From an uncultured Alphaproteobacteria bacterium (GTDB lineage Bacteria > Pseudomonadota > Alphaproteobacteria > Methylaequorales > Methylaequoraceae), in the NCBI GenBank assembly GCA_902523675.1, contig CABZAL010000002.1:9890-73889 (forward strand): 64,000 nt of DNA, in the 5' to 3' direction. Made by a program: the position numbers and the translations under genes. The notes under the pieces are model-generated. The model was not told where the DNA came from. It ran no database searches and was given only the letters and a program-made list of their open reading frames with translations. This document shows positions 11,122 to 22,615 of the stretch, piece after piece (position 1 is the first letter of the stretch; the number at the start of each line of letters is the position of its first letter).

Positions 11122-11520
11122 CTAAAAAACCTTACATAAAATTTCACCACCAACATTCTCTTCTCTCGCCTCTTGATCAGACATAATCCCTTTTGATGTA
11201 GACAGGATTGAAATTCCAAGACCATCGAAATGTCTTGGCAAACTTTTAATACTAGAATAAACTCTTCTTCCTGGAGTTGAAACTCTTGAAATTTTTTTTA
11301 TACAAGGTTCTCCATCCATATATTTAAGTTCGATTTTAAATTCATTTTTATTATTTTCAGAATTAATCTTTTCAAAACCTCTAATAAACCCCTCTCTTTG
11401 AAGAACATCTAAAATATTGCCTCTAAATCTTGATGCGGGCATCGAAACACTCTCTTTTTTTCTAATTTGACCATTTCGAATTCTAGTCAGCATATCACCT
11501 AACGGATCTGATAAACTCAT
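11122..11520 (-). CDS. rpsH: 30S ribosomal protein S8
   Basis: 132 aa; DPLGDMLTRIRNGQ...GGEILCKVF. Confidence 0.96.
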   Translation of the reverse strand: MSLSDPLGDMLTRIRNGQIRKKESVSMPASRFRGNILDVLQREGFIRGFEKINSENNKNEFKIELKYMDGEPCIKKISRVSTPGRRVYSSIKSLPRHFDGLGISILSTSKGIMSDQEAREENVGGEILCKVF

Positions 11521-11541
11521 ATTTAAACCTGTAACACCTTT

Positions 11542-11847
11542 CTACCAACTTGATTTCGTGACCCCAGGAACTTGACCAATGGCGGATAGTTCTCTGAAAG
11601 CAATTCTTGATAATTTAAATTTTCTATACACACCTCTACCACGTCCTGTGACAAGACACCTATTTCGAATTCTCACTTTTGAAGCATTTCTTGGAATTGA
11701 TGAAAGTTTTAGTCTTGCCTGAAATTGTTCCTCAGCAGATAATTTTTTATTATTAGCTATTTTAAGAAGCTTATCATGTTTATTTTTATATTTGTTATAA
11801 AGCTTTATTCTTTTTTTATTTCTTTCAACAATACTCAATTTTGACAT
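11542..11847 (-). CDS. rpsN: 30S ribosomal protein S14 (long form, no zinc site)
   Basis: 101 aa; [41 protein letters not shown]. Confidence 0.96.
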   Translation of the reverse strand: MSKLSIVERNKKRIKLYNKYKNKHDKLLKIANNKKLSAEEQFQARLKLSSIPRNASKVRIRNRCLVTGRGRGVYRKFKLSRIAFRELSAIGQVPGVTKSSW

Positions 11848-11855
11848 ATATTCAC

Positions 11856-12395
11856 CTAATTATTAAATGGAAAATTAAAACCTTTTAAAAGTTCAAGTGC
11901 ATCCTTATCGTTCGATGCGGATGTTATAATTGATACATCCAATCCTCTAACTTTATCAATTTTATCATAGTTTATTTCAGGAAAAATAATCTGTTCTTTT
12001 AATCCTAAAGAATAGTTGCCGTTACCATCGAAGGATTTTTTTGACAAACCCTTAAAATCTCTAACTCTAGGTAAGGCAACAGTGATTAGTCTATCCAAAA
12101 ATTCATACATTCTTTCTTTTCTAAGTGTAACTTTACAGCCTATATTCATACCTTTTCTTAATTTGAAGCCTGCAATTGATTTTTTAGCTTGCGTAATTGA
12201 AGGCTTTTGTCCTGATATTAGTGTCAGATCGTCGACAGCAGCATTAATCTTTTTTGAATCTGCAACAGTTTCACCAACGCCCATGTTAAGAACAATTTTT
12301 TTTAATTTTGGCACTTGAAAATCATTTTCATACTTAAGTTCCTGTTTTAAAAATTCCTTTAGTTTTTTTTCGTATAAATCTTTCAATCTTGACAT
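11856..12395 (-). CDS. rplE: 50S ribosomal protein L5
   Basis: 179 aa; [14 protein letters not shown]...[20 protein letters not shown]. Confidence 0.96.
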   Translation of the reverse strand: MSRLKDLYEKKLKEFLKQELKYENDFQVPKLKKIVLNMGVGETVADSKKINAAVDDLTLISGQKPSITQAKKSIAGFKLRKGMNIGCKVTLRKERMYEFLDRLITVALPRVRDFKGLSKKSFDGNGNYSLGLKEQIIFPEINYDKIDKVRGLDVSIITSASNDKDALELLKGFNFPFNN

Positions 12396-12403
12396 ATAAA
12401 TAC

Positions 12404-12715
12404 CTATGTTATAGTTTCTCCAGATTTTTTTAAAAATCTTATTTTTTTTCCATTTTCTAAAAACTTAAAACCAACCCTCGAACCTTTATTAGACTTAGGA
12501 TCTAAGGAGGATAAATTTGAAATGTGGATAGGCATTTCAATTGATTCAATACCACCTTTATTAGTCTGAGAAGGTTTGGTATGTTTTTTTGCTATATTTA
12601 CACCCTGTACGATAGCTTTGTCTTTTTCAACCAACATTTTTAAGACTTTACCAATTTTTCCCTTATCTTTTCCAGATATAACAAATACTGAATCACCTTT
12701 TTTTATTTTTTTCAT
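12404..12715 (-). CDS. rplX: 50S ribosomal protein L24
   Basis: 103 aa with a KOW motif ([20 protein letters not shown]). Confidence 0.95.
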   Translation of the reverse strand: MKKIKKGDSVFVISGKDKGKIGKVLKMLVEKDKAIVQGVNIAKKHTKPSQTNKGGIESIEMPIHISNLSSLDPKSNKGSRVGFKFLENGKKIRFLKKSGETIT

Positions 12716-13080
12716 AATACCTCCGGAGCTAAGGAAATAATTTTCATATATTTTTTTGACCTAAGTTCTCTAGTTACTGGACCAAAAATTCTTGTTCCTA
12801 GAGGTTCACCACTGGCATTAATTAAAACAGCTGAGTTTTTGTCAAATCTTATTGATGATCCGTCAGCTCTAGAGATCTCTTTTGAAGTTCTAACAATGAC
12901 AGCCTTGTGTATTTCGCCTTTTTTTACTTTACCACGCGGTATTGCATCTTTAACTGTAATTACAATAACATCACCAATTGATGCAAACCTCCTTTTGGAT
13001 CCACCTAATACCTTAATACACTGAATGCTTTTTGCCCCAGAGTTGTCGGCAACAAATAATGTACTTTGCATTTGTATCAT
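12712..13080 (-). CDS. rplN: 50S ribosomal protein L14
   Basis: 122 aa; [17 protein letters not shown]...[11 protein letters not shown]. Confidence 0.97.
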   Translation of the reverse strand: MIQMQSTLFVADNSGAKSIQCIKVLGGSKRRFASIGDVIVITVKDAIPRGKVKKGEIHKAVIVRTSKEISRADGSSIRFDKNSAVLINASGEPLGTRIFGPVTRELRSKKYMKIISLAPEVL

Positions 13081-13090
13081 AAGAACCTCA

Positions 13091-13318
13091 TTAATTAATT
13101 AAAATCCATTTTTTTGTTTTTGAAATTGGCTTGTTTTCCTGAATCTTAACATTTTGCCCTACTTTACTTATATTCTTTTCATCATGTGCAGCATACTTTT
13201 TGGTTTTTTTGATATACTTTTTGTAAACTGGATGCATAACTTTTCTTATAACAGAAACTAATATTGTTTTGTTAGAGCTAGCAGAAACTACAGTACCTTG
13301 TAATATTCTTTTGGGCAT
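13091..13318 (-). CDS. rpsQ: 30S ribosomal protein S17
   Basis: [23 protein letters not shown]... matches S17. I chose the start at Met9 of the track ORF (13318), which is just after the rpmC stop. The longer ORF to 13342 would overlap rpmC by 20 nt. Confidence 0.93.
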   Translation of the reverse strand: MPKRILQGTVVSASSNKTILVSVIRKVMHPVYKKYIKKTKKYAAHDEKNISKVGQNVKIQENKPISKTKKWILIN

Positions 13319-13322
13319 AATA

Positions 13323-13517
13323 TTATTGACTCCTCTTTTCATTTATAATTGTTTTTATACGAGCAATCTCTTTTTTTACTTTAGAGATTCTTGAAGTATT
13401 TTCTAACTGACCACTTGATTTTTGAAACCTCAAGTTCAACGCCTCTTTTCTAAAATCTTTAAGCTTTTCAGTCATAGTCTTAATATCTTGTTTTCTTAAT
13501 TCACTCAAATTCTCCAT
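13323..13517 (-). CDS. rpmC: 50S ribosomal protein L29
   Basis: 64 aa; LRKQDIKTMTEKLKDFRKEALNLRFQKSSGQLENTSRISKVKKEIARIKT. Confidence 0.95.
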   Translation of the reverse strand: MENLSELRKQDIKTMTEKLKDFRKEALNLRFQKSSGQLENTSRISKVKKEIARIKTIINEKRSQ

Positions 13518-13519
13518 AA

Positions 13520-13933
13520 TTATACTCCAATCCTCGTAACAAATTTTGTGTCATTTGGTAGTTTTGCAGCAGCAAGTTCAAATGCTTTTTTTGCTAATTC
13601 GGACGGAACACCGTCAATTTCAAACATAATCTTACCTGGTTTCACTCTGGCTGCCCAAAACTCAACAGCACCTTTACCCTTGCCCTGCCTGACTTCTGCT
13701 GGTTTTTTTGTAACTGGGACATCGGGAAAAATTCTAATCCACACTCGCCCAGATCTTTTGAGATGCCTTGATATAGTTCGTCTAGCTGCCTCAATCTGTC
13801 TAGATGTTATTCTTGCAGGACTCATAGCTTTTAATCCAAACGATCCAAAATTTAGAAAGTTTCCGCCTTTAGAATTTCCATGCATTCTTCCTTTGAACTG
13901 TTTTCTGAATTTAGGCTTTTTAGGTTGTAACAT
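13520..13933 (-). CDS. rplP: 50S ribosomal protein L16
   Basis: 137 aa; [19 protein letters not shown]...[22 protein letters not shown]. Confidence 0.97.
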   Translation of the reverse strand: MLQPKKPKFRKQFKGRMHGNSKGGNFLNFGSFGLKAMSPARITSRQIEAARRTISRHLKRSGRVWIRIFPDVPVTKKPAEVRQGKGKGAVEFWAARVKPGKIMFEIDGVPSELAKKAFELAAAKLPNDTKFVTRIGV

Positions 13934-13946
13934 TAATTATTCCTCA

Positions 13947-14636
13947 TTAAATTTTTGTACTTTCAGGTTTTTTTGTCTCTTCTTCCAAGTTTTCCGTTGC
14001 CATAGGATCATGTTCCATAATTTCACCCTTAAAAATCCACACCTTAATACCGCATATACCATAAGTTGTGTTAGCTCTTGAAATACCATAATCAATATTA
14101 GCTCTTAATGTATGAAGTGGAACTCTTCCTTCGCGATACCATTCCATTCTGGCAATCTCTGCACCGCCTAATCTTCCACTACAATTAACTCTTATACCCA
14201 GAGCACCTAATCTAATTGCTGATTGGACTGCTCTTTTCATGGCTCTTCTGAAAGCTATTCTCCTCTCTAATTGCTGAGCAATATTATCAGCAACAAGCTT
14301 AGCATCAATTTCAGGTTTTTTAATTTCAACTATGTTAAGACTAGCATCACCACCAACCATTTTTACAATTTGATTTCGAAGTTTTTCAATATCTGAACCT
14401 TTCTTTCCTATAATAACACCAGGCCTCGCAGTATAAACTGTAATTTTGGCTAATTTAGCTGGTCTTTCAATTAAAATTTTGGATACACCGGCTAATGCTA
14501 ATTTTTTCTGCAGAAATTTTCTTAACATAAAGTCTTCTTGCAAGAGTTTTGCATAATTCTTTTCGGCAAACCATCTTGATTCCCATGATTTATTGACACC
14601 AAGTCTTAATCCAATGGCGTTAGCTTTCTGACCCAT
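13947..14636 (-). CDS. rpsC: 30S ribosomal protein S3
   Basis: 229 aa; [24 protein letters not shown]... with a KH domain. Confidence 0.97.
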   Translation of the reverse strand: MGQKANAIGLRLGVNKSWESRWFAEKNYAKLLQEDFMLRKFLQKKLALAGVSKILIERPAKLAKITVYTARPGVIIGKKGSDIEKLRNQIVKMVGGDASLNIVEIKKPEIDAKLVADNIAQQLERRIAFRRAMKRAVQSAIRLGALGIRVNCSGRLGGAEIARMEWYREGRVPLHTLRANIDYGISRANTTYGICGIKVWIFKGEIMEHDPMATENLEEETKKPESTKI

Positions 14637-15073
14637 TATGCGTTCTCCTTAATTGTGTTTTGTTGATCAGATTTCTGATCATTCTGATTAGTATCTTTTA
14701 ATACTTCTTCTTTTTCTTTTACCACGATTCTAATATTTGAAAAGGGTTTCAGAATCTTTCCTGATCTACCTCTAGCTCGAGGTCTAAATCTTTTCATTAC
14801 CATTGCTTTTCCAGTTGAAGCTTCTTCAATTACTAGCTTGTCGATATCAAGCTGATGATTATTTTCTGCATTAGCAATTGCAGATTTTAGAAGTTTTTTT
14901 ACTTCATTAGCAATTCTTCTTTTTGAAAACTCAAGCACATTTAAAGCTCTTTCAGCGTCCATTCCTCTTATTTGTTGTAAAACAAGATTAACTTTTTGCG
15001 GGCTTGACTTAATTGATTTTATAGATGCTTTCGCAGTTAACTGACTTTCTGAATTTTTCTTTTCATTTACCAT
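14636..15073 (-). CDS. rplV: 50S ribosomal protein L22 (short N- and C-terminal low-complexity extensions)
   Basis: 145 aa; [26 protein letters not shown]...AIANAENNH...[18 protein letters not shown]. Confidence 0.96.
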   Translation of the reverse strand: MVNEKKNSESQLTAKASIKSIKSSPQKVNLVLQQIRGMDAERALNVLEFSKRRIANEVKKLLKSAIANAENNHQLDIDKLVIEEASTGKAMVMKRFRPRARGRSGKILKPFSNIRIVVKEKEEVLKDTNQNDQKSDQQNTIKENA

Positions 15074-15075
15074 TT

Positions 15076-15354
15076 TTATTTCCCACCTGATTTTTTATCA
15101 GCATTATGTCCTCTGTATGTTCTCGTTGGAGCAAATTCTCCAAATTTATGGCCGACCATATTCTCACTTACTGATACTGGAATGTGTTTTTTACCATTAT
15201 GAACCCCAAAAGTTAAACCAACGAATTGAGGAAGTATTGTAGATCTTCTGGACCAGATTTTTATAACATCATTTCTCCCTGACTTTCTAACATCATCAGC
15301 TTTCTTTAAAAGATACGAATCTACAAATGGTCCTTTCCAAATTGATCTAGTCAT
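15076..15354 (-). CDS. rpsS: 30S ribosomal protein S19
   Basis: 92 aa; [12 protein letters not shown]...[16 protein letters not shown]. Confidence 0.97.
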   Translation of the reverse strand: MTRSIWKGPFVDSYLLKKADDVRKSGRNDVIKIWSRRSTILPQFVGLTFGVHNGKKHIPVSVSENMVGHKFGEFAPTRTYRGHNADKKSGGK

Positions 15355-15362
15355 GATTTATC

Positions 15363-16190
15363 CTATTTTTTGTGCCTACTTTTAACAATATACTGATTGG
15401 TTCTTTTGTTATTTCTAGTTCTTTTTCCTTTTGCTGATAATCCCCATGGTGAAACAGGGTTTCTACCACCTGATGTTCGTCCTTCACCACCACCGTGAGG
15501 ATGATCAACAGGATTCATTGCAACTCCTCTTACCGACGGTCGAACTCCAAGCCATCTATTTCTACCAGCTTTACCTAATTTAATATTTTTCTGATCAGGG
15601 TTTGAGACCATTCCAATTGTAGCTCTACACTCAACTCTAACAGCACGAATTTCGCCGGAGGCCAACTTAATTTGCGCATACTCAAAATCCTTGCTTGCTA
15701 ATTGACCAAAAGTACCAGCAGATCTTAACATTTGCGCTCCTTTTCCCGGTTTTAATTCTAAATTATGAATGACAGTTCCTACAGGAATGTTCTTTAATGA
15801 TAGACAGTTCCCCACTTTTATTTCTGCTTTATCAGATGACAAAACTTTATCTCCTATTTTTATTTTTTGAGGACAAATTATATAATTTAAGTCTCCATCT
15901 GAATACTTTATCAATGCTATAAAGGCCGATCTATTTGGATCATACTCTTTTCTTTCAACAGTACCTACTATTTCAGTTTTATTTCTTTTAAAATCAATTA
16001 TTCTATATTTTCTTTTGTGACCTCCACCCTTTCTTCTAGCTGTCACGTGACCGTGGTTATTTCTACCTCCGGAAGAACTCAAGCCTTTTACAAGTTTTTT
16101 TTCAGGTTTTCCTTTATGCAATTCAGCTTTATCGGTTAAAACAAGACCTCTTTGACCAGGAGTTTTTGGTTTGAAACTCTTTAAACCCAT
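15363..16190 (-). CDS. rplB: 50S ribosomal protein L2
   Basis: 275 aa; [31 protein letters not shown]. Confidence 0.98.
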   Translation of the reverse strand: MGLKSFKPKTPGQRGLVLTDKAELHKGKPEKKLVKGLSSSGGRNNHGHVTARRKGGGHKRKYRIIDFKRNKTEIVGTVERKEYDPNRSAFIALIKYSDGDLNYIICPQKIKIGDKVLSSDKAEIKVGNCLSLKNIPVGTVIHNLELKPGKGAQMLRSAGTFGQLASKDFEYAQIKLASGEIRAVRVECRATIGMVSNPDQKNIKLGKAGRNRWLGVRPSVRGVAMNPVDHPHGGGEGRTSGGRNPVSPWGLSAKGKRTRNNKRTNQYIVKSRHKK

Positions 16191-16498
16191 TATTTTATCC
16201 CTATCGTTAAATCAATCGAATTACCCTCAGCAAGTTTAACAAAAGCTTTTTTTGTACCTGCCCTTTTACCCAATTTACCCTTAAATCTTTTAATTTTACC
16301 TTTTAAGTTAAGTGTATTTACTGCAATTACTTTTACATTAAAAATCTTCTCAACAGCAGCTTTAATTTCACTTTTTGAAGAGTCTTTTGCAACTTTAAAC
16401 ACATAATAATTGTGTTGTGACGCTAGAGTAGACTTTTCAGAAATTAATGGTGCTCTTAGCACCTCAAAAATCCTTTCTTCAGAAACTATCATATTCAT
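16190..16498 (-). CDS. rplW: 50S ribosomal protein L23
   Basis: 102 aa; [10 protein letters not shown]...[26 protein letters not shown]. Confidence 0.95.
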   Translation of the reverse strand: MNMIVSEERIFEVLRAPLISEKSTLASQHNYYVFKVAKDSSKSEIKAAVEKIFNVKVIAVNTLNLKGKIKRFKGKLGKRAGTKKAFVKLAEGNSIDLTIGIK

Positions 16499-17118
16499 TT
16501 TGAAAACCTCTCAGTCAAAAAATTTAGAGCACTCTCTGACATTACTAAATGTTCTCTTTTAACAATAGTGTAAACATTAATTCCATCTATAGATAGAAAA
16601 TCAGTATTTGGGATATTCCTAACGGCTAACATAAAGTTTTTATCAATTTCTCTTCCTGTAACAAAAAGAGCGGAGGTAACCCCCATTTTATTTATTTTAG
16701 ACTTTAGTAAATTTGTCTTTGCTTTTTGAATTTTAAAGTCGTTAAGTATAATTAGTTTTCCATCGGATTTTTTCTTAGATAAGGCAATCTTAAGTGCTAA
16801 TGCTCTGATCTTCTTAGGTAATTTATGAGCATGAGATCTCACCTGAGGTCCAAAAATGACCGCACCGCCCCTCATCTGCGGAGATCTTTTGCTGCCTTGC
16901 CTAGCACTCCCGGTTCCCTTTTGTTTGAAAGGTTTTTTGGTTGTGCCTGAAATTTCTGAAATTCCTTTAGTTTTGTGATTTCCAGATTGTCTTTTTGCAC
17001 TTTGATATCTCAACATTCTATAAATAATCTCTTGTTTAAAAGGCTGCTCAAAAATATCCTTATTTAAGTTAATTTCTTTTAGAGACTTGTTATCTAATGA
17101 ACTTACTTTAAATTTCAT
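16495..17118 (-). CDS. rplD: 50S ribosomal protein L4
   Basis: 207 aa; KKPFKQKGTGSARQGSKRSPQMRGGAVIFGP. Confidence 0.96.
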   Translation of the reverse strand: MKFKVSSLDNKSLKEINLNKDIFEQPFKQEIIYRMLRYQSAKRQSGNHKTKGISEISGTTKKPFKQKGTGSARQGSKRSPQMRGGAVIFGPQVRSHAHKLPKKIRALALKIALSKKKSDGKLIILNDFKIQKAKTNLLKSKINKMGVTSALFVTGREIDKNFMLAVRNIPNTDFLSIDGINVYTIVKREHLVMSESALNFLTERFSK

Positions 17119-17120
17119 TA

Positions 17121-18023
17121 CTAATCATCCTTTTTAACGTCTAGTTTTTTTTCATTATTTTCTGTTGAATCTAACTTATCTTCTTGTTTTTCTTTAGAAA
17201 TTAAATCTTTATCTTGGTCACTAATTTGCTCACTATTTGCGTTTACGACTGGCTCGGAAGTCTCCTTAGATTTGTTTAGATCAGAAACTGTATTATTTTC
17301 TACGTTAACTTCAGGGGACAAATTTGAAACCACATTATCAGTTTGTTTATTTATATTATCGGTTATTGTTGGATAGGGTAACTTTTCTAATTTTTGTTTT
17401 ATTGAATCTCTTACTTTAACAAATAAACCTTTAGGGCCCGGAACTGAGCCTTTAATTACAATTAATCCGTTTTCATGATCTGTTGAAATAACTTCTAAAC
17501 ACTGCATAGTTCTCTTAACGTTTCCAAGACGACCTGCCATTTTTTTACCCTTAAATACTTTACCGGGATCTTGGCATTGACCAGTCGATCCATGAGATCT
17601 ATGAGAAATTGAAACTCCATGAGAAGCTCTATTTCCAGCAAAATTGTGCCTTTTCATTCCCCCAGCAAAACCTTTTCCTATGGTAAACCCAGAAATATCA
17701 ACGTATTGCCCATTTAAAAAGTGATTTACGGACAAATCCTTACCTATCTCAACAATACCATCTTCAGAGACTCTAAACTCAGCTGTTAAGTTAGTAGATT
17801 CGGTTTTAAGCTTTTTAAAGTAACCATTGGTTGGTCTATTAATGGTTGATTTTTTGGATTGACCGTAAGCAATTCTAATTGCCAAATAACCGTGTTTATC
17901 TATCTTTCTATGGTCGATGACTTTACAAGTATCAACTTTTAAGAGAGTAACTGGTATATTTTGTCCATCATTTTTAAAAATCCGACTCATTCCAATTTTT
18001 TTTGCTATCAAACCTGTTCTCAT
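17121..18023 (-). CDS. rplC: 50S ribosomal protein L3 with a ~85 aa low-complexity C-terminal tail
   Basis: [16 protein letters not shown]...[49 protein letters not shown] matches L3. Confidence 0.96.
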   Translation of the reverse strand: MRTGLIAKKIGMSRIFKNDGQNIPVTLLKVDTCKVIDHRKIDKHGYLAIRIAYGQSKKSTINRPTNGYFKKLKTESTNLTAEFRVSEDGIVEIGKDLSVNHFLNGQYVDISGFTIGKGFAGGMKRHNFAGNRASHGVSISHRSHGSTGQCQDPGKVFKGKKMAGRLGNVKRTMQCLEVISTDHENGLIVIKGSVPGPKGLFVKVRDSIKQKLEKLPYPTITDNINKQTDNVVSNLSPEVNVENNTVSDLNKSKETSEPVVNANSEQISDQDKDLISKEKQEDKLDSTENNEKKLDVKKDD

Positions 18024-18035
18024 AATTCCTAATTT

Positions 18036-18347
18036 CTATAATTTTATTTCAACATCAACACCTGAAGCTAGCTCTAATTTCATCAGTGCATCAACTGTTT
18101 GTGGTGTCCAATCAACAATGTCCATCATTCTTTTATGTGTTCTCATTTCTAATTGCGTTCTAGCTTTCTTATCCACATGCGGTGAACTTAAAACTGTATA
18201 TTTTTCTATTCGCGTTGGCAAAGGTATCGGACCTTTAACATTAGCACCAGTTCTTTTTGCAGTATTGAGTATTTCAAGTGTGCTTTGATCTAGTACTCTA
18301 TGGTCATAAGCTTTTAGTCTTATCCTTATATTTTGATTAGTCGCCAT
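18036..18347 (-). CDS. rpsJ: 30S ribosomal protein S10
   Basis: [20 protein letters not shown]... matches S10. I chose the start at Met5 of the track ORF, 4 nt after the tuf stop. The longer ORF to 18359 would overlap tuf by 8 nt. Confidence 0.95.
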   Translation of the reverse strand: MATNQNIRIRLKAYDHRVLDQSTLEILNTAKRTGANVKGPIPLPTRIEKYTVLSSPHVDKKARTQLEMRTHKRMMDIVDWTPQTVDALMKLELASGVDVEIKL

Positions 18348-18351
18348 TTTT

Positions 18352-19542
18352 TTACTCAACTATTTCTGAAACAACACCAGCTCCAACTGTTCTACCGCCC
18401 TCACGAATAGCAAATCTCAAACCTTTATCCATTGCTATTGGAGTCAGTAGTTCGACAGTCATCGCGACATTATCACCAGGCATAACCATTTCGGTTCCTG
18501 ATGGTAATTCAATGGTTCCAGTTACATCAGTTGTTCTAAAGTAAAATTGTGGTCTATAGTTCTTGAAAAAAGGGGTATGTCTTCCACCCTCGTCTTTATT
18601 TAAGACATATGCTTCAGCTTTAAATTTTTTATGTGGTTTAATCGAACCTGGTTTCGCAAGAACTTGACCTCTTTCAACTTCTTCCCTTTTTGTACCTCTA
18701 AGAAGAACTCCAACATTGTCTCCAGCCTGTCCACTGTCTAAAAGCTTTCTAAACATCTCAACTCCAGTACAAACAGTTTTTGTTGTGTCTTTAATACCGA
18801 TTATCTCAATTTCTTCATTTACATTTATTACGCCTTTTTCAACTCTCCCAGTAACCACGGTCCCTCTACCCGATATTGAGAAAACATCTTCTATTGGCAT
18901 AAGAAAAGGTTGATCTAAAGGACGAGCTGGTTGTGGAATATGTTCATCAATTTTTGTCATCAACTCTAAAATTGACTTTTTTCCTTTTTCCTCGTCTCCT
19001 CCTTCAACTGCTGCTAAGGCGGACCCTTTAACTATTGGAATGTTATCGCCATCAAATTCATATTTTGAAAGCAGTTCTCTCACCTCCATCTCAACCAAAT
19101 CTACTAACTCAGGGTCATCAACCTGATCTATTTTATTCATATAAACTACTAGAGATGGAACACCAACTTGACGAGCCAGAAGAATATGTTCTCTTGTTTG
19201 TGGCATTGGACCATCAGCAGCATTTACAACAAGTATAGCTCCATCCATCTGTGCTGCACCCGTTATCATATTTTTTACATAATCAGCATGACCTGGGCAA
19301 TCTACATGAGCGTAATGTCTTTTTTCTGTTTCATATTCTACATGTGCTGTAGAAATTGTAATACCTCTTTCTTTTTCTTCGGGAGCCTTATCTATTTGTG
19401 CATAATCCATAGCAGTCGCGCCGCCTGTTTCTGCCAAAACTTTTGTGATGGCAGCTGTCAGCGTGGTCTTTCCATGATCAACATGACCAATTGTACCTAT
19501 ATTACAGTGGGGTTTAGATCTATCAAATTTTTCTTTAGCCAT
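18352..19542 (-). CDS. tuf: Elongation factor Tu
   Basis: 396 aa; [33 protein letters not shown]..., [15 protein letters not shown]. Confidence 0.99.
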   Translation of the reverse strand: MAKEKFDRSKPHCNIGTIGHVDHGKTTLTAAITKVLAETGGATAMDYAQIDKAPEEKERGITISTAHVEYETEKRHYAHVDCPGHADYVKNMITGAAQMDGAILVVNAADGPMPQTREHILLARQVGVPSLVVYMNKIDQVDDPELVDLVEMEVRELLSKYEFDGDNIPIVKGSALAAVEGGDEEKGKKSILELMTKIDEHIPQPARPLDQPFLMPIEDVFSISGRGTVVTGRVEKGVINVNEEIEIIGIKDTTKTVCTGVEMFRKLLDSGQAGDNVGVLLRGTKREEVERGQVLAKPGSIKPHKKFKAEAYVLNKDEGGRHTPFFKNYRPQFYFRTTDVTGTIELPSGTEMVMPGDNVAMTVELLTPIAMDKGLRFAIREGGRTVGAGVVSEIVE

Positions 19543-19563
19543 TACATATTCTCCTTATTAAGA

Positions 19564-21645
19564 TTAACCAGAAACTTTCTCCTTAACTTCTTCTGCTACA
19601 TTATTAGGCACTTGCTCATAATGATCAAAAGTCATAGTGTAACTTGCTCTACCCTGGCTCATAGAACGCAAATTATTTACATAACCAAACATATTAGCGA
19701 GTGGTACCATCCCATTCACAACATGATTTACACTTCTTTGTTCCATACCCGAAATCTGGCCTCTTCTTGAGTTTAAATCACCGATTACGTCTCCCATATA
19801 TTCTTCGGGAGTTACAACCTCTACCTTCATCATAGGTTCCAATAAAACCGCTTTTGCTTTTGGCATCGCCTCCCTGAAAGCTGCCCTTGCTGCAATCTCA
19901 AAAGCCATAACACTTGAATCCACGTCATGAAACGCTCCATCGACGAGAATACACTTAAAATCAATAACCGGAAAGCCTGCTAAAAAACCAGATTCTGTTG
20001 AAAGTTTAATACCTTTTTCAACTCCTGGTATATACTCTCTAGGCACCCTTCCACCTACTATCTTACTTTCGAAAACAATCCCACTACCTTTCTCTAAGGG
20101 CTCAAATTCCAACACAATTTTTGCAAATTGTCCAGCACCTCCAGATTGTTTTTTGTGAGTATAATCAACAGTAGTTGGTTGAGTTATAGTTTCCCTGTAA
20201 GCAACTTGCGGAGCGCCAACGGATGCATCAACTTTAAACTCTCTTTGCATTCTATCAACCAGTATTTCCAAGTGAAGTTCACCCATCCCTTTCATCACTG
20301 TCTGTCCCGACTCATGATCAATACTAACTTTAAAGGATGGATCTTCAGCAGCTAGTCTTTGAAGTGCAATACCCATCTTTTCTTGATCGGCTTTAGTTTT
20401 AGGCTCAACAGCAACTTCAATAACGGGATCTGGAAACTCCATTCTTTCTAATATCACTGCATTTTCAGAATCACAAAGTGTATCTCCTGTTGTAGTGTCT
20501 TTTAATCCAGCAACTGCTATTATATCACCAGCATACGCTTGTTTGATATCCTCTCTGGAGTTTGAATGCATCTGTAACATTCTTCCAAATCTTTCTTTTT
20601 TTTGTTTAACAGAATTCATAACAGAAGAACCAGCCTCAATTGACCCAGAATAGATTCTCATAAATGTAAGACTACCAACGAAAGGATCATTTGCAATCTT
20701 AAATGCAAGGGCAGAAAAGGGTTCAGAATCAGAACTTTCTCTAGTTATAGCTTCATCTTCAGAACCAAATTTTACCCCTTTTATTGCTGGAACATCTAAA
20801 GGAGATGGCAAGTAATCAATAACAGCATCTAACATTGGTTGAACGCCTTTATTTTTAAAAGAGCTACCACATAAAATTGGTACAAATTTAGACTCAATTG
20901 TACCTATTCTAATTAGTTCTTTTATCTTGTCTTCACTAGGCATAACACCATCAAGATACTTTTCCATGACATCGTCATTTAATTCAACAACACTTTCCAG
21001 CATGGTTTCACGATAATTGCTAGCTTCAGAAACTAAATCCTCAGGAATCTCCTCATAGTTGAATTTGGCACCAAGAGATTCAGTTTCCCAAACTATGGCC
21101 TTCATTTTTACTAAGTCTATAACCCCTTTGAAATTTGACTCTGAACCAATTGGAAGTTGTAATACAAGAGTTGAACAACCTAAACGTTCTTTTATCATAT
21201 CAATACATCTAAAAAAATTTGCCCCTGTCCTATCCATTTTATTTATAAAACACATTCTGGGAACACCATACTTATCTGCTTGCCTCCAGACTGTTTCAGA
21301 CTGCGGTTCGACTCCAGCTACAGAATCAAAAACACAAACCGAACCATCTAAGACCCTCAATGATCTTTCAACTTCAATAGTAAAGTCTACGTGACCAGGT
21401 GTATCAATAATATTTATCCTCTTATTTTTCCAAAAACATGTTGTTGCAGCAGAAGTAATTGTAATACCCCTTTCTTGTTCTTGTTCCATCCAATCCATGG
21501 TAGCTGCACCGTCGTGAACCTCACCAATTTTATGTGAGACACCTGTGTAATAAAGAATTCTTTCCGTAGTAGTAGTTTTTCCGGCATCAATGTGAGCCAT
21601 AATTCCTATATTTCTGTAATCTTTTAAATCAGTTTGTCTGCTCAT
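19564..21645 (-). CDS. fusA: Elongation factor G
   Basis: [35 protein letters not shown] matches EF-G. I chose the ATG at 21645, which has AGGTGG upstream and lies directly after the rpsG stop. The track ORF extends 20 codons further, into rpsG. Confidence 0.98.
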   Translation of the reverse strand: MSRQTDLKDYRNIGIMAHIDAGKTTTTERILYYTGVSHKIGEVHDGAATMDWMEQEQERGITITSAATTCFWKNKRINIIDTPGHVDFTIEVERSLRVLDGSVCVFDSVAGVEPQSETVWRQADKYGVPRMCFINKMDRTGANFFRCIDMIKERLGCSTLVLQLPIGSESNFKGVIDLVKMKAIVWETESLGAKFNYEEIPEDLVSEASNYRETMLESVVELNDDVMEKYLDGVMPSEDKIKELIRIGTIESKFVPILCGSSFKNKGVQPMLDAVIDYLPSPLDVPAIKGVKFGSEDEAITRESSDSEPFSALAFKIANDPFVGSLTFMRIYSGSIEAGSSVMNSVKQKKERFGRMLQMHSNSREDIKQAYAGDIIAVAGLKDTTTGDTLCDSENAVILERMEFPDPVIEVAVEPKTKADQEKMGIALQRLAAEDPSFKVSIDHESGQTVMKGMGELHLEILVDRMQREFKVDASVGAPQVAYRETITQPTTVDYTHKKQSGGAGQFAKIVLEFEPLEKGSGIVFESKIVGGRVPREYIPGVEKGIKLSTESGFLAGFPVIDFKCILVDGAFHDVDSSVMAFEIAARAAFREAMPKAKAVLLEPMMKVEVVTPEEYMGDVIGDLNSRRGQISGMEQRSVNHVVNGMVPLANMFGYVNNLRSMSQGRASYTMTFDHYEQVPNNVAEEVKEKVSG

Positions 21646-21646
21646 T

Positions 21647-22120
21647 TTACCACCTGTAATGTGAGAAAGCTCTGTTAGCTTCAGCCATTTTATGTGTATC
21701 TTCACGTTTTTTTACTGACAAACCTTTATTTTCATGAGCATCAACTATTTCAGAAGATAGTCTTTCAATTATTGTTTTTTCACTTCTCTTTCTTGAAGAA
21801 GATACAAGCCATCTAATTGCAAGAGCTTGAGCACGTTCAGATCTCACTTCTACTGGAACCTGATATGTAGCACCTCCAACTCTTCTTGAACGAACTTCGA
21901 TACCCGGCTTAATATTGCTTAAGGCTTGTAAGAAAATATCAATTGGGTTTTTATTTTTAATAATCGTAGCAGCCTTATCCATAGATTTATAAACTATTTT
22001 TTCAGCAAGAGATTTTTTTCCATCAAGCATCATTATATTAATAAACTTTGATAAGACTTGATCTTGATATTTTGGATCGGGATAAACGTTTCTTTTTATA
22101 GCAGCTCTTCTTCTCGACAT
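21647..22120 (-). CDS. rpsG: 30S ribosomal protein S7
   Basis: 157 aa; [18 protein letters not shown]...[14 protein letters not shown]...AHYRW-type C-terminus. Confidence 0.97.
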   Translation of the reverse strand: MSRRRAAIKRNVYPDPKYQDQVLSKFINIMMLDGKKSLAEKIVYKSMDKAATIIKNKNPIDIFLQALSNIKPGIEVRSRRVGGATYQVPVEVRSERAQALAIRWLVSSSRKRSEKTIIERLSSEIVDAHENKGLSVKKREDTHKMAEANRAFSHYRW

Positions 22121-22128
22121 TTTTTCAC

Positions 22129-22500
22129 CTATTTTGGTCTTTTTGTACCATATTTCGATCTACGTTGTTTTCTATCTTTCACACCTTCAGTATCTAAAAC
22201 ACCTCGCAGAACATGATATCTCACCCCAGGAAGATCTTTAACCCTACCTCCTCTTAACAAAACTACTGAATGTTCTTGAATATTATGGCCTTCTCCAGGT
22301 ATATAACTTGTAACTTCAAACCCATTTGTTAATTTTACACGTGCCACTTTTCTCAGTGCCGAGTTAGGCTTCTTTGGGGTAGTTGTATAAACACGGGTGC
22401 AAACTCCTCTTTTTTGAGGACAAGCCTCAAGAGCAGGAACTTTGTTTCTTTTAACCTGTTTCGACCTTGGAGATCGAATTAACTGGTTTATTGTAGGCAT
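22129..22500 (-). CDS. rpsL: 30S ribosomal protein S12
   Basis: 123 aa; MPTINQLIR...[37 protein letters not shown]. Confidence 0.98.
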   Translation of the reverse strand: MPTINQLIRSPRSKQVKRNKVPALEACPQKRGVCTRVYTTTPKKPNSALRKVARVKLTNGFEVTSYIPGEGHNIQEHSVVLLRGGRVKDLPGVRYHVLRGVLDTEGVKDRKQRRSKYGTKRPK

Positions 22501-22563
22501 AATTATTTCCCAAATTAAAATAGAATTGTGTTTGGCATAGAGCCACGACCAATTATTTGTTGG

Positions 22564-22591
22564 ATATTAATACATCTTTTAGCTGAGTCAA
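22564..22591 (-). promoter_or_regulatory. Putative sigma70-type promoter of the rpsL (str) operon
   Basis: The minus strand reads TTGACT (22591-22586), a 16-nt spacer, then TAATAT (22569-22564). It lies in the 115-nt rpoC-rpsL spacer, about 60 nt upstream of the rpsL ATG. Confidence 0.35.
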
Positions 22592-22615
22592 CAAAAGAAT
22601 ATTTTTTTCTATATT

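Noticed and set aside
13548-14081. 177-aa plus-strand ORF opposite rplP and rpsC
   Set aside because: It is an antisense shadow ORF of conserved ribosomal protein genes, with no independent signals.
19168-19770. 200-aa plus-strand ORF spanning the tuf-fusA junction
   Set aside because: It lies antisense to two of the most conserved genes in the window. Its Cys/Phe/Ile-rich composition is typical of a shadow frame, and it has no recognisable motifs.
21646-21705. 20-codon N-terminal extension of the fusA ORF ([20 protein letters not shown])
   Set aside because: It overlaps the 3' end of rpsG. The canonical EF-G N-terminus ([14 protein letters not shown]) starts at 21645 with AGGTGG upstream. 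I trimmed the ORF-track starts of rplA, rpsQ and rpsJ in the same way.
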